64,000 nucleotides of DNA from positions 32,001 to 96,000 of the forward strand of contig JBCCEA010000008.1 in assembly GCA_039030515.1 (NCBI GenBank), written 5' to 3'. Below the pieces are notes generated by a model. That model was not told the DNA's origin, did not search any database, and was given only the letters and a program-made list of their open reading frames with translations. Position 1 is the first letter of the stretch; each line of letters starts with the position of its first letter. Position numbers and translations under genes: made by a program. The stretch comes from Myxococcota bacterium (GTDB taxonomy: Bacteria; Myxococcota_A; Polyangia; Polyangiales; Houyiibacteriaceae). This document shows, piece by piece, positions 63,733-64,000 of the stretch.

Positions 63733-64000
63733 CTAAGCGCGTTCAGACAGAGTCTCGATCGCCTGCTCGATGTCTTTGGGGAGCGGGCTTTCGAAGCAAA
63801 GCGCGGCACCGGTGCACGGATGGGTGAAGCCGAGGGTGCCCGCATGAAGCGCTTGTCGACCTAGCTCAGCATCGACGGCCCGAAGCGCTCCTTCTTTCGG
63901 TGGTCGGCCATACGTTCGGTCGCCAACGATGGGATAGCCGCCGTCCGATAGGTGAACGCGTATTTGGTGGGTACGTCCTGTTTCGAGTCTGCACTCCACA
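63733..64000 (-). CDS. RluA-family pseudouridine synthase, C-terminal part (runs off window)
   Basis: LETGRTHQIRVH, PIVGD..YG, RQALHA..LGF.HP. Confidence 0.93.
   Translation of the reverse strand, partial: VECRLETGRTHQIRVHLSDGGYPIVGDRTYGRPPKEGALRAVDAELGRQALHAGTLGFTHPCTGAALCFESPLPKDIEQAIETLSERA

Overview
A 64-kb, GC-rich window of a bacterial chromosome. Gene content (MglA-like GTPase, DUF4388, AgmX/PglI-like domains, eukaryote-type Ser/Thr kinases, a large TPR protein) suggests Myxococcota; this is inferred. Most genes are housekeeping: cysS (partial), hisS, ribD, yidD, yceD, topA, sufE, DAHP synthase, hemB, an ilvBNC-leuACD-cimA-leuB operon behind an attenuator-like leader, metH, two acyl-CoA dehydrogenases and an RluA-family gene (partial). 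There are also metal-homeostasis genes (Fur-family regulator, His-rich permease, CusF-like protein). I found no rRNA, intact tRNA, IS/transposase, prophage or CRISPR-Cas. The most notable items are: (1) a translationally coupled pair of a ~1100-aa membrane-anchored AAA+/STAND-like ATPase and an MscS channel, resembling a split MscK with an added NTPase, followed by a frameshifted second mscS; (2) an ~18-copy array of a 19-bp motif between yidD and yceD, with outlying copies 1.6 kb away; (3) a flippase-like/sulfatase-fold fusion upstream of a tandem double radical-SAM gene; (4) an acyl-CoA dehydrogenase pair with the signature of a heteromer; (5) a RibD with an eroded reductase domain; (6) a Leu-codon attenuator with no canonical leader start nearby. 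All calls come from reading motifs by eye; no searches were run.
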